32,000 nt of DNA from Allobaculum fili (GTDB lineage Bacteria > Bacillota_I > Bacilli_A > Erysipelotrichales > Erysipelotrichaceae), in assembly GCF_020969955.1 (NCBI RefSeq), contig NZ_JAHDSX010000019.1, positions 11,740 through 43,739 of the forward strand. Direction: 5' to 3'. The notes below the pieces were generated by a model. The model made no database searches and had not been told where the DNA came from. It saw only the letters and a list, made by a program, of their open reading frames with translations. A program made the position numbers and the translations under genes. Positions 16,818 through 25,706 of the stretch are shown piece after piece (within the stretch, counting starts at the first letter, position 1; each line of letters starts with the position of its first letter).

Positions 16818-16934
16818 ATGAAATTGGATATTACATCGCGCACAGCTGCTGCGAAGCTCAAATATTTCTGCTGGATCCTGCTGTTCTTTCTGCTGAGTCT
16901 GCTGGTCGGGATCTTCATGTTCAAATCCAGATAG
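16818..16934 (+). CDS. Candidate 38-aa single-TM small protein (below the ORF-track cutoff)
   Basis: ATG 16818 to TAG 16932-16934 encodes MKLDITSRTAAAKLKYFCWILLFFLLSLLVGIFMFKSR. GAGGA lies 4 nt upstream, and a perfect TATAAT sits at 16803-16808. The stop is 11 nt before the GT4 start. No homolog recognised. Confidence 0.35.
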   Translation: MKLDITSRTAAAKLKYFCWILLFFLLSLLVGIFMFKSR

Positions 16935-16945
16935 CGGGAGGTTTC

Positions 16946-18109
16946 ATGAAGACAAACAAGACCGCGCTGATCTGCATCAGCGACACGTACCTGCCAAGAG
17001 CCAGACTTCTCGCCAGACAGTATCAGAAGCATGGCGAAGAGACCGTTATTCTTACGCCGGATTTTTCGCACAAAACCAAGGCGCCCTTCTCGTCAGATGA
17101 AGAAGGCATCGTCAGGCTTCGCCATCGGCCCTACCAGAAAAACCTGTCGTGGCAAAGACTGCTGGGACATATGGAATTTGCCAGACGTGCCAAAACGTGG
17201 CTGGAAGACTGGAAGCCGGATCGCATCCATTGTCTGATTCCGGCCAATTCGCTGGCGATGGAAATTGGACGCTACAAGCGAAAGCATCCGGACGTCTGCC
17301 TGATTTTTGATATCAACGATCTGTGGCCTGAATCGCTGCCGGTCGGCTCCTGGTTTGGCAAAACGCCGCCGGCCTGGATCTGGAAGCATATGCGAAACGG
17401 CTATTTAAAAGACGCGGATCTTCTGGCCAGCGAATGCGCTCTGTTTCAGAAAAAAATTCAGGAGCAGACCGGTCTGCCCGCGCAGGTGATGTACTGGTCG
17501 GCCGGAACGGAAGAAACTTTTACAGCGCATTCTGCTTTTGAAGATACGGAGCATCTGAATCTCTGCTATCTGGGGTTTGTCAACAACATCATTGACCTCG
17601 ATACGATGGAAACTCTGTTTCAGGCGCTTCATGCACGTACGGCGGTTCGCCTGCATCTGATTGCGCAGGGACAGCGCCGCGACGAAATGGTCGAGCGGCT
17701 TTCCCCGTACTGTGAAATCATCGATTACGGAGCCGTCTATGATCCAGAGCAGAAACAGTCGATTTTTGATGCCTGCGCGTTTGGCATCAACATTATGAAA
17801 CCGGACGTACAGGCCGGCCTTTCCATGAAGACGCTCGATTATTTACAGGGCGGGCTTCCGGTCATTAACAGTCTGGAAGGCGATGTGCACGACTGGATCG
17901 AAGAGTACAGATGCGGGATCAACATCGACCGCAGCCGTCTCGAACAGACCGCAAAGGAAATTGCGGAGGCCGCTCAAAATCAGTTAGAGGCCATGCGAAA
18001 GGCGGCCCGTCAGGTTTTTGAAACGGATCTGTCTCTGTCGGCGTTTGAAAAAAGCTTTGAAATCCTGTGGCAAAGCGAGCAGAATCTCACAAAACACAGC
18101 AGGAAATGA
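16946..18109 (+). CDS. GT-B fold glycosyltransferase, family 4 (WbuB/RgpA-like)
   Basis: 387 aa, GGGAGG upstream. The IFDINDLWPES motif (D-x-WPES of WbuB-like GT4) and the C-terminal GLSMKTLDYLQGGLPVIN region correspond to the GT4 nucleotide-sugar binding motif. Confidence 0.78.
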   Translation: MKTNKTALICISDTYLPRARLLARQYQKHGEETVILTPDFSHKTKAPFSSDEEGIVRLRHRPYQKNLSWQRLLGHMEFARRAKTWLEDWKPDRIHCLIPANSLAMEIGRYKRKHPDVCLIFDINDLWPESLPVGSWFGKTPPAWIWKHMRNGYLKDADLLASECALFQKKIQEQTGLPAQVMYWSAGTEETFTAHSAFEDTEHLNLCYLGFVNNIIDLDTMETLFQALHARTAVRLHLIAQGQRRDEMVERLSPYCEIIDYGAVYDPEQKQSIFDACAFGINIMKPDVQAGLSMKTLDYLQGGLPVINSLEGDVHDWIEEYRCGINIDRSRLEQTAKEIAEAAQNQLEAMRKAARQVFETDLSLSAFEKSFEILWQSEQNLTKHSRK

Positions 18110-18343
18110 ATTCAGAATGGCCCATTGGAATAAAGCCGGGCGTTTGTAAGCGGAGTATGCGCGCAGGCGGGCGGCTTTTTTTGCGATCTGTCGCGCAAAA
18201 GATCACAATACGGAATATGGATCATTCTGCCCGTCTGGATGTATAAACCTTTCGGCAGGCTGTACTTGCGGGATAAAATCGCGGCGTGACTGCATGAGAC
18301 ATACGCAGACGGTTTCTGTAGCAGGCAGAAATGGATTTTCCAT

Positions 18344-18352
18344 CCCCCCCCC
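18344..18352. repeat. C9 homopolymeric tract in the GT4/GT2 intergenic region
   Basis: Nine consecutive C read directly from the sequence (catCCCCCCCCCag), 133 nt upstream of the GT2 ATG. Confidence 0.95.
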
Positions 18353-18484
18353 AGAAAAATTCAAAGTGTGGCCCGCGGCTATGCATCGAATTTTTCAAAG
18401 GAAAATCCGCAGTCGATCTTCTTTTCATTTTGTTTTATCCTTTGCGGCGCAGACTGGCGCTGCAGTCTGGTACAAGGAGGCTTC

Positions 18485-19624
18485 ATGAACCCATCGAATC
18501 CCATTCGCCTGTCTCTGGCGATGACCACATATAACGCAGAAGTGTATCTGATCGAACAGCTCGAGTCGATCCGTCTGCAGACGATGCCTTTTGATGAAGT
18601 CGTCATCGTTGATGATGCTTCCAGAGATCACACCGTCGAAAAAATCCGCGAATATATCGCCACATACCATCTCGCCGGCCGCTGGTTTCTGCACGTCCAT
18701 ACCGAGAACACCGGCTTTGTCCGCGCCTTTCGTGATGCGCTGAGCCGCACGCGGGGCGAATATATTTTTCTGAGCGATCACGATGACATCTGGAAACCAG
18801 AAAAAGTCGAACACATGATGAAGATGTTTGATAAGCATGTGGAACTGCTGGCGCTCGCTTCTTCCTTTTCGCTGATTGATGCCCAGGACCGTCCAATCGA
18901 AGGCAAGTCGAGCAGCCGGCGAAGCAACCATAATCTCATTCGCCGTCCGCTGCCGCGCGGCCAGTTTTCGTGGCTGACCTTTGAAGATCTGATGGGCTAC
19001 AACGTCTCGCCAGGATGTACGCTCGCGCTGACCAGGCGGCTGAAGGATGAGTACCTGTCTACGCCGGTCGATATGAATCTGCCCCATGACTGGGCGATCT
19101 GCGCGATCGCAGCCATTCAGAACGGTCTGGGCTATCTCGACGAGGAACTGATGGGCTATCGCCAGTACCCCGGCAACACGCTCGGTCTCACTCGCCGCAG
19201 CGACTACGAAAGCCGTCTGCATGCTTCGTGGCAGGACTATCTCCAGAAAGAAGCGCTCCTCTCGCTGACGCTTCAGTTTCAGGCCGAGCTGCAGATGATC
19301 GAAAAGATGGAAGAAGTCCGCTCGTTTTACGCGCAGAGAGCCCAGGCGCTCAGCCACCGCTCCCTGTTTGAACTCAGCTCGCTTCTGCTTTCCCATCAGG
19401 GCAGCGGATTCCGCCTGACGCTTGGCATGGACATCAAATCCATTCTTTCTTCTTCCTCTTCTTCCGCTACTGCGCAGCAGGAAGCCAGAGCGTTCAATCC
19501 GATCGATCCATCCTCCAGAAAAGAAGAAAAAGAAGCAGAAACCGATCCGAAAGGAAACCGCCCGCAAAATGAAACGGATCGGAAAAAGGCAGCCCGAAAA
19601 GCGGACGGAAAGGCGGACGCATGA
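18485..19624 (+). CDS. Family 2 glycosyltransferase with a low-complexity C-terminal tail
   Basis: ATG 18485 with AAGGAGG upstream. LSLAMTTYNAEVYLIEQLESI...VVIVDDASRDHT...FLSDHDDIW are GT-A/GT2 motifs (DxD-type). The tail is rich in S, K and E. The stop overlaps the next start (ATGA at 19621). Confidence 0.85.
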   Translation: MNPSNPIRLSLAMTTYNAEVYLIEQLESIRLQTMPFDEVVIVDDASRDHTVEKIREYIATYHLAGRWFLHVHTENTGFVRAFRDALSRTRGEYIFLSDHDDIWKPEKVEHMMKMFDKHVELLALASSFSLIDAQDRPIEGKSSSRRSNHNLIRRPLPRGQFSWLTFEDLMGYNVSPGCTLALTRRLKDEYLSTPVDMNLPHDWAICAIAAIQNGLGYLDEELMGYRQYPGNTLGLTRRSDYESRLHASWQDYLQKEALLSLTLQFQAELQMIEKMEEVRSFYAQRAQALSHRSLFELSSLLLSHQGSGFRLTLGMDIKSILSSSSSSATAQQEARAFNPIDPSSRKEEKEAETDPKGNRPQNETDRKKAARKADGKADA

Positions 19625-20361
19625 GTTCGAGACTGTCCATTTCGGTCGTTCTGGCTACCTATAAAGGCGCACCCTGGCTGAACGCGCAGCTCGATTCCAT
19701 TGCCGATCAGCTATGGGTCGGCGATGAGCTGATCATCAGCTGCGATGGCGGTTTAAGCGAAGATCTTGAAATCGCGGAACGCTTTGCCAAAGCCCATCCG
19801 GATTTGCGGATCCGTATTTTAAGCGGCCCGGGTCTTGGCGTCGTGCGCAACTTTGAATTTGCGCTCAGTCAGGCAAGACGGGAAATTATCGTGTTCTGCG
19901 ATCAGGATGATGTCTGGAAACCGGGCAAGCTCGACTTATACCGTCACGGCTTTCGCGAAGAGAACGTCATGGCGATGCTTCACGATGCCTCGATATGCGA
20001 TGCTGATCTTCACGTGATTGAACCTTCCTTTTATCAAAGCCACGGCTCGAAGGAAGGATTCTGGAACAATCTGCTTCGCAATTCGATGATCGGCTGCTGC
20101 ATGGCAGTGCGAAAGGAAGTCGTGGACGCAAGCCTTCCCTTTGGAAAGATTCCCATGCACGATCAGTTTCTGGGCCTGCAGGCCTATCGCATGGGCAAGG
20201 TGGTTTTCAGCCCGAAAAACTGTCTGGACTATCGACGGCATGGAAACAACGCGTCTTCGCTCAAATCGAGTTCTCTGCAAAATCAGATTCAGTGGCGCCT
20301 CCAGCTGATCGGCGCGCTGCTTCGCCATCCCGTTCCTAAGCAAAAGGCAAAATCAAGATAA
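19621..20361 (+). CDS. Family 2 glycosyltransferase (rhamnosyltransferase-like)
   Basis: 246 aa. ISVVLATYKGAPWLNAQLDSI, IISCDGG and VFCDQDDVW motifs. Translationally coupled to the preceding GT2. Confidence 0.85.
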   Translation: MSSRLSISVVLATYKGAPWLNAQLDSIADQLWVGDELIISCDGGLSEDLEIAERFAKAHPDLRIRILSGPGLGVVRNFEFALSQARREIIVFCDQDDVWKPGKLDLYRHGFREENVMAMLHDASICDADLHVIEPSFYQSHGSKEGFWNNLLRNSMIGCCMAVRKEVVDASLPFGKIPMHDQFLGLQAYRMGKVVFSPKNCLDYRRHGNNASSLKSSSLQNQIQWRLQLIGALLRHPVPKQKAKSR

Positions 20362-20375
20362 GGAAGAACACGGAG

Positions 20376-20397
20376 GTCCGGCAATCCGGGCTTTTTT
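20376..20397 (+). terminator. Short intrinsic terminator after the GT2 pair
   Basis: 6-bp stem GTCCGG / CCGGGC (one G-U pair) with a CAAT loop, followed by T6 (20392-20397). Confidence 0.5.
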
Positions 20398-20562
20398 ACG
20401 GAAGTGCGTATCCTCCGAGAAAAAAGCGCCGTGCCTAAAGCTGAACAGATTCGGAATGAGCAGAATTTGGGAAAAATGTGGGAGAAAAATCGCCAGAAAA
20501 AACCATTAAAAATCCGTGAATGCTCTTACATTTCGTATGTTGTGGGACGTGCGCCGTATCAT

Positions 20563-20591
20563 TTCCCATCTTTTCTTTTTTTGGCTAAGAT
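20563..20591 (+). promoter_or_regulatory. Possible promoter for the rfb operon
   Basis: TTCCCA (20563-20568), 17-nt T-rich spacer, TAAGAT (20586-20591). AAAAGGAG and ATG 20622 are downstream. The match to consensus is weak. Confidence 0.3.
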
Positions 20592-20621
20592 GGAGCTGAA
20601 CGGAAAAGGAGAACTGAAGAG

Positions 20622-21512
20622 ATGAAAGGCATCATTCTTGCCGGCGGATCCGGAACAAGACTCTATCCATTAACCAAAGTAACCAGCAAACAGCTTCTTC
20701 CTGTTTTTGACAAGCCGATGATTTATTATCCAATGTCCATTCTGATGGAAGCTGGCATCCGGGAGATCATGATTATTTCTACCCCGGAAGACACGCCTCG
20801 CTTTGAGGAACTGCTCGGCGACGGCAGCCAGTTCGGTCTGGAGCTGACGTACAAAGTACAGCCCTCGCCCGATGGACTGGCGCAGGCATTTATTTTAGGC
20901 AAAGATTTTATCGAAAACGATTCCGTCGCCATGATTCTTGGCGATAATATTTTCCATGGTCACGGTCTGACCAAACGGCTTGTGGAAGCTGCCGGCAGAG
21001 ACAGAGGCGCTACGGTATTTGGCTATTATGTAGAAGATCCGGAACGCTTTGGCGTTGTCGAGTTTGACGAAAACGGCAAAGCCGTCAGCCTGGAAGAAAA
21101 ACCGGCCGAACCGAAATCCAACTATGCGGTTACCGGTCTGTATTTTTATGACAACAAAGTCGTGGATTACGCCGCCCATCTTCAGCCTTCCGCCCGCGGC
21201 GAGCTGGAAATTACCGATCTGAACAAGATTTATCTCGATCAGGGCGAACTGAACGTCACCCTGCTTGGCGACGGCTTCACCTGGCTCGACACCGGTACGC
21301 ATGAATCTCTGGTGGATGCCACCAACTTCGTGAAAACCGTTGAAGAACACCAGCACCGCAAAATTGCCTGCCTGGAGGAAATCGCCTACCGGCAGGGCTG
21401 GATCGATCGCGAACAGCTCGAGAAAACGTACGAGATTTACAAGAAAAATCAGTACGGCGCCTATCTCAAAAAGCTGCTCGATCGCAAATACATTGATAAA
21501 AACCAGAAATAG
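20622..21512 (+). CDS. rfbA: Glucose-1-phosphate thymidylyltransferase
   Basis: [39 protein letters not shown] and a [15 protein letters not shown] region are the RmlA signature. 296 aa. Confidence 0.96.
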   Translation: MKGIILAGGSGTRLYPLTKVTSKQLLPVFDKPMIYYPMSILMEAGIREIMIISTPEDTPRFEELLGDGSQFGLELTYKVQPSPDGLAQAFILGKDFIENDSVAMILGDNIFHGHGLTKRLVEAAGRDRGATVFGYYVEDPERFGVVEFDENGKAVSLEEKPAEPKSNYAVTGLYFYDNKVVDYAAHLQPSARGELEITDLNKIYLDQGELNVTLLGDGFTWLDTGTHESLVDATNFVKTVEEHQHRKIACLEEIAYRQGWIDREQLEKTYEIYKKNQYGAYLKKLLDRKYIDKNQK

Positions 21513-21582
21513 CGGTCTGCTCGGAAGAAAAACAGATCCAAAGCCGGACAAAAGGCCGGCCGACATTCAAGAGGAAATAAGC

Positions 21583-22167
21583 ATGAAAGTGATTGAAACG
21601 GAAATTCCAGGCGTGCTGATCGTGGAAACCGACGTTTTCGGCGATCATCGCGGCTACTTTACGGAAACCTATTCCAAACCCAAATACGAAAAGCTCGGCA
21701 TTACGGTCGACTTCGTTCAGGACAACATGTCCTTTTCCGCAGCCGAAGGCACGCTGCGCGGTCTGCACTGGCAGAACCCGCCGTATGCGCAGTCTAAGCT
21801 CGTCAGCTGCACGAAGGGGAAAGTCATCGACGTTGCGGTCGATATCCGCAAAGGTTCTCCAACCTTCGGCAAATGGGTTTCCTGCGAACTGTCGGCGGAC
21901 AACCATCGCCAGTTCTTTATCCCGCAGGGCTTTGCGCACGGCTTTCTGACCCTGACGCCGGATGTGGAATTCCGCTATAAAGTCGACAATGTCTACGACA
22001 AGGCATCGGAGGGCAGCATCCGCTATGACGACCCGACCGTCGCCGTCGACTGGGGCATGCTTCTTAATGGACGCGAACCCGTGCTCAGCGACAAGGACCG
22101 CATTTCGCCGGTTCTCGAAGACGCCAACAACCTGTTCGTTTACGATGACATGATGAAAGGAAACTAG
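21583..22167 (+). CDS. rfbC: dTDP-4-dehydrorhamnose 3,5-epimerase
   Basis: The start at ATG 21583 has AGAGGAA upstream. FGDHRGYFTETY, LRGLHWQ and FIPQGFAHGF motifs are the RmlC cupin signature. Confidence 0.95.
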   Translation: MKVIETEIPGVLIVETDVFGDHRGYFTETYSKPKYEKLGITVDFVQDNMSFSAAEGTLRGLHWQNPPYAQSKLVSCTKGKVIDVAVDIRKGSPTFGKWVSCELSADNHRQFFIPQGFAHGFLTLTPDVEFRYKVDNVYDKASEGSIRYDDPTVAVDWGMLLNGREPVLSDKDRISPVLEDANNLFVYDDMMKGN

Positions 22168-22173
22168 CCATAC

Positions 22174-23208
22174 ATGAAAATTCTCGTTACTGGAGGAGCC
22201 GGATTCATCGGTTCCAACTTTGTTGAATACATGGTCAATACGTATCCGGAAGATGAAATCATCAACCTGGACGCGCTGACTTACGCCGGAAATCTGGAAA
22301 GTCTCAAGAGCGTAGAAAACAAGCCGAACTACAAGTTTGTCAAAGGCGACATCGCTGATCGTGACTTCATTTTCGATCTGTTTGAAAAGGAACGTCCCGA
22401 TATCGTCGTGAACTTCGCCGCCGAAAGCCACGTCGACCGCTCGATCGAAGATCCGGAAATCTTCGTAAAATCCAACGTTCTTGGCACAACGACTCTGCTC
22501 GATGCCGCAAAAGAATACGGCGTTAAACGTTTCCATCAGGTATCGACCGATGAAGTGTACGGCGACCTGCCGCTCGATCGTCCGGATCTGTTCTTCACGG
22601 AATCCACGCCGCTCCATACGAGCTCGCCGTATTCTTCGTCCAAAGCCGCTGCGGACCTGTTCGTTCAGGCGTACCACCGCACGTACGGCCTGCCGACAAC
22701 GATTTCCCGCTGCTCGAACAACTACGGACCGTACCAGTTCCCGGAAAAGCTCATCCCTCTGATGATCGCCCGCGCGCTCGATAACGAAAGCCTGCCGGTT
22801 TACGGCGACGGCGCCAACGTGCGCGACTGGCTGTACGTTCTCGACCACTGCAAGGCCATCGACCTGATCCTGCGCAAAGGCAAGGAAGGCGAAGTCTACA
22901 ACATCGGCGGCCACAACGAAAAGAGCAACCTCGAAGTCGTTAAGGCGATCCTCAAGGCACTCGACAAGCCGGAATCCCTGATCACATACGTAGCGGACCG
23001 TAAAGGTCACGACCGCCGCTATGCGATCGATCCTGCAAAAATCGAAAAAGAACTGGGCTGGGTACCGGAAGAAAACTTCGATACCGGCATCCAGAAAACG
23101 TTCCAGTGGTATCTGGACAACCAGGACTGGTGGAAAAACATTCTCAACGGAGAATACAAAAACTACTTCCAGAAAATGTACGTCGACAAAGGAAGAGTCG
23201 ACCAGTAA
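22174..23208 (+). CDS. rfbB: dTDP-glucose 4,6-dehydratase
   Basis: MKILVTGGAGFIGSNF, STDEVYGD, PYSSSKAAADL (YxxxK) and CSNNYGPYQFPEKLIP motifs. 344 aa. Confidence 0.96.
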   Translation: MKILVTGGAGFIGSNFVEYMVNTYPEDEIINLDALTYAGNLESLKSVENKPNYKFVKGDIADRDFIFDLFEKERPDIVVNFAAESHVDRSIEDPEIFVKSNVLGTTTLLDAAKEYGVKRFHQVSTDEVYGDLPLDRPDLFFTESTPLHTSSPYSSSKAAADLFVQAYHRTYGLPTTISRCSNNYGPYQFPEKLIPLMIARALDNESLPVYGDGANVRDWLYVLDHCKAIDLILRKGKEGEVYNIGGHNEKSNLEVVKAILKALDKPESLITYVADRKGHDRRYAIDPAKIEKELGWVPEENFDTGIQKTFQWYLDNQDWWKNILNGEYKNYFQKMYVDKGRVDQ

Positions 23209-23248
23209 AACCGTCTCGCTATTGAGGCATACACGCTTATGAACCCGC

Positions 23249-23295
23249 AGCCGGAGGGGCGAAACAGCTTCGTCCGTCCGGCTTCTTTTCGTTTT
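23249..23295 (+). terminator. Strong hairpin plus T-tract between rfbB and rfbD (internal terminator or attenuator)
   Basis: The 15-bp stem 23249-23263 / 23269-23283 has one mismatch and one G-U pair, with a 5-nt loop. The tail is TCTTTTCGTTTT. Only ~20 nt remain before the rfbD SD (GAGGAGGA) and ATG 23317. Confidence 0.55.
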
Positions 23296-23316
23296 GAGCA
23301 CAGAGGAGGATTGAAA

Positions 23317-24171
23317 ATGAAAATTCTTGTTACCGGCGCAAAAGGCCAGCTCGGACACGACATCATGGTGCAGGCCAAGGAGCGCGGCATTGACGCCGTC
23401 GGCGTCGATGTAGCGGAAATGGACATCACCAGGCAGAATCAGGTTGAAGAAGTCATTTCCCGCGGCGATTACGACGCCGTCATTCACTGCGCCGCCTGGA
23501 CCCAGGTGGACAAGGGCGAAGAACCCGAACTGTTTGAAACCGTAGAAGCCATCAACGCGACCGGAACCGGCTATATCGCCAAAGTGTGCCGCGAACTCGA
23601 CATCCCGCTGATGTATTTCTCGACGGACTACGTCTTTGACGGCCAGGGTGCGGAACCGTGGAAAGTGGATGATGAAAAAAATCCGCTGAACGTTTATGGC
23701 CTGACCAAATCGGAAGGCGAGGACTACGTGTTCCAGAACCCGAAAAACTTCGTTCTGCGCATTTCCTGGGTATTTGGCGCCAACGGCATCAACTTCATCA
23801 AGAAAATGATGCAGCTGTCCGAAACCCACGACACCCTTACCGTCGTTGACGATCAGGTCGGTCTGCCGACGTACACATGGGATCTCGCCCGTCTGAGCCT
23901 GGATATGATTCAGACCGACAAATACGGCACGTACCATGTGGCCAACAGCGGCGACTACATTTCCTGGTACGATTTTGCCAAGGAAATTTTCGCCCAGACC
24001 GGACGTCACGTAAAAGTCATTCCAGTCGGCTCCGATCAGTATCCGGCTAAGGCGAAACGTCCGTCCAACTCCCGCATGGACCTTTCCCGCATCGCTGCAG
24101 AAGGCTTTGAACCACTCCCTGCATGGCAGGATGCGCTCGCCCGCTATCTGAAAACTATGGATCTGGCTTAA
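23317..24171 (+). CDS. rfbD: dTDP-4-dehydrorhamnose reductase
   Basis: MKILVTGAKGQLG, VIHCAAWTQVD, STDYVFDG and YGLTKSEGE motifs are the RmlD signature. ATG 23317 has GAGGAGGA upstream. Confidence 0.95.
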   Translation: MKILVTGAKGQLGHDIMVQAKERGIDAVGVDVAEMDITRQNQVEEVISRGDYDAVIHCAAWTQVDKGEEPELFETVEAINATGTGYIAKVCRELDIPLMYFSTDYVFDGQGAEPWKVDDEKNPLNVYGLTKSEGEDYVFQNPKNFVLRISWVFGANGINFIKKMMQLSETHDTLTVVDDQVGLPTYTWDLARLSLDMIQTDKYGTYHVANSGDYISWYDFAKEIFAQTGRHVKVIPVGSDQYPAKAKRPSNSRMDLSRIAAEGFEPLPAWQDALARYLKTMDLA

Positions 24172-24282
24172 TCTGGCTAAAGCCTGCCTGTTCGAATTTA
24201 CGAAATTTACGCTCTGTCATCCGGCAGGGCGTTTTTCTTTTGGACGATTGGAAAAGGCCGGTCTTCGCGTTTAAAAACCGGC

Positions 24283-24311
24283 AAAAGAAAACGGATGCCC
24301 GAAGGCATCCG
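24283..24311 (-). terminator. Rho-independent terminator of the WecA/TagO-type gene
   Basis: Perfect 8-bp stem CGGATGCC (24292-24299) / GGCATCCG (24304-24311) with a 4-nt loop. On the minus strand it is followed by TTTTCTTTTGC. Confidence 0.7.
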
Positions 24312-24381
24312 AAACAAATCAAAGATAAAGCGGGCACGCAAATCCAGATAACAGAAGGAAGACATAGATCTGTTTTTGCGC

Positions 24382-25464
24382 TTATGCGTTTGGCTCTGGC
24401 TTTGGCTTGCACTTGAACAGGGAACGGCAATGTTTCCAGATCCACCGTCCCAGGGAATGGAGCGGATGGAACGATTCGGAAATCATGCCGGTGCGCTCGA
24501 TGAACAGTTCAATGACGAGCAGAAGAAGCAGGATCAGAACGACACCGGCTTTTCGGCTGTAAATGTAAATGAACGCGCTCATGCCAAACAGGAACGTAAT
24601 GCCGCACATGATGATGACCGAATTGGTCTGGCCAAACCGCTTGAGCAGCTGATGGTGCAGATGGGATCGGTCCGCCTGATCGACCGGAATGTTATGAATC
24701 TTGCGGCGCAGGATCGCGGAGAGCGTATCGATAATCGGCAAAACGAGAAGCAGAATCGGCAGGCCAAGGGTAATGGTTGTCGACGATTTGAATCCGAGAA
24801 GGGAAAAGGAAGAAACGATGGAACCCAGAAACAGAGATCCGCAGTCACCCATGAAAATCGAAGCGGGATGCGCGTTGTAGAGCAGAAAGCCAAGTACCGC
24901 GCCGGAAAGCATCAAGGAGAGGATGACCATATCGCTGCGCTTGTCGACAAACGAAATCGAACAGATGACGGCCAGCACAATGAGAATCATGCCGCCGCAA
25001 AGTCCGTCGAGACCGTCGAGCAGATTGATCGCATTCGTGATGCCGACCACCCAGAGGATGGTGAAGATCGAACAGATCAGATCCGAGCGGATGGCCCAGC
25101 CAAAGATGCGCAGGGTATCGACGCGTATGCCGTAGTGAAGCAGAATCAGCGACGCCAGCACCTGCAAAATGAATTTGACCTTGGCCGGAAGATCCACAAA
25201 ATCGTCAGCAAGACCGATGAAAAACATCATCGAGCTGGCGAGATAAATGCCGAGTATGGAACGGTCCGCCTGCCCGTTGAGCAGCAGCGCACAGGAGAAA
25301 GCCAGATAAATGGCTATGCCGCCGATCCGGGAAATACGGCCGTGATGAATGGTACGGTTATTGATTTTCGCCCAGGCATCTGATGGATACGACAGCCGCT
25401 TGATCAGGGGAATGAGTGCGGCTGAAATCAGAAAAGGCGTAATGAACGCCATGACAGCAGTCAC
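24382..25464 (-). CDS. Undecaprenyl-phosphate HexNAc-1-phosphate transferase (WecA/TagO/RgpG type, Glycos_transf_4 family)
   Basis: Multi-TM protein with GLADDFVDL, NAINLLDGLDGL, NAHPASIFMGDCGSLFLG and PIIDT..AILRR...DRSHLHHQL motifs. GTG 25464 is preferred as the start (AGGAGG with a 6-nt spacer). In-frame ATG 25452 is the alternative. Confidence 0.9.
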   Translation of the reverse strand: MTAVMAFITPFLISAALIPLIKRLSYPSDAWAKINNRTIHHGRISRIGGIAIYLAFSCALLLNGQADRSILGIYLASSMMFFIGLADDFVDLPAKVKFILQVLASLILLHYGIRVDTLRIFGWAIRSDLICSIFTILWVVGITNAINLLDGLDGLCGGMILIVLAVICSISFVDKRSDMVILSLMLSGAVLGFLLYNAHPASIFMGDCGSLFLGSIVSSFSLLGFKSSTTITLGLPILLLVLPIIDTLSAILRRKIHNIPVDQADRSHLHHQLLKRFGQTNSVIIMCGITFLFGMSAFIYIYSRKAGVVLILLLLLVIELFIERTGMISESFHPLHSLGRWIWKHCRSLFKCKPKPEPNA

Positions 25465-25503
25465 GGACTTCCTCCTTTCCAGGACAGTGAGAGCCCTTAT
25501 GCC

Positions 25504-25512
25504 ATTATGACA
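25504..25512 (-). promoter_or_regulatory. Extended -10 (TGTCATAAT) candidate promoter for the WecA/TagO-type gene
   Basis: The minus strand reads TGTCATAAT about 40 nt upstream of GTG 25464, in the divergent intergenic region. The -35 is poor. Confidence 0.35.
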
Positions 25513-25706
25513 AAGAAATTCATTTTTTGGTATTTCATCCGTTCGCCCGAGTTTGCGACTGTGTCTGTATACGGGTCTGCACAAAGACGACACTCGCAGA
25601 GCGTTTCCGGGAAAAGCCGGACGGGGCCAGCGGATTTGGTTATACTGTTCTGTATCAGGATAAGGCGATACGTCTGTTTCAATGTACAGAACTGGGGGAT
25701 TGGACT

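Noticed and set aside
18132-18182. A GC-rich segment followed by T7 after the GT4 gene, as a possible terminator.
   Set aside because: I could pair only AAAGCCG with CGGCTTT (a GC core of 4 bp). The stem is unconvincing by eye, so it would need a folding calculation.
18425-19567. A minus-strand 380-aa ORF, plus similar ORFs at 913-1563 (+), 10152-10823 (-), 26926-27798 (-) and 28678-29439 (-).
   Set aside because: All lie antisense to, or out of frame within, genes with clear family motifs (GT2, ChrA, GDPD, helicase, LCP). They have no SD and no recognisable domains.
21466-24009. An 847-aa open reading frame on the minus strand spanning rfbC, rfbB and rfbD.
   Set aside because: It is exactly antisense to three genes with unmistakable Rml signatures and crosses their intergenic spacers. 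Its translation is low-complexity (V/F/R/A-rich) with no recognisable motif and no SD. It is a shadow ORF, produced because the sense genes rarely use codons whose reverse complements are stops.
24161-24180. Tandem 10-mer ATCTGGCTTA / ATCTGGCTAA at the rfbD stop codon.
   Set aside because: It is only two copies and is probably a small duplication footprint. It duplicates the stop codon but does not change the protein, and I can argue no functional consequence.
24182-24240. A possible + strand terminator for rfbD (GCCTGCC ... GGCAGGGC followed by GTTTTTCTTTT).
   Set aside because: The stem is short and bulged with a ~34-nt loop, so it is too weak to list as a feature. The T-tract suggests termination may occur here, but it needs experimental 3'-end data.
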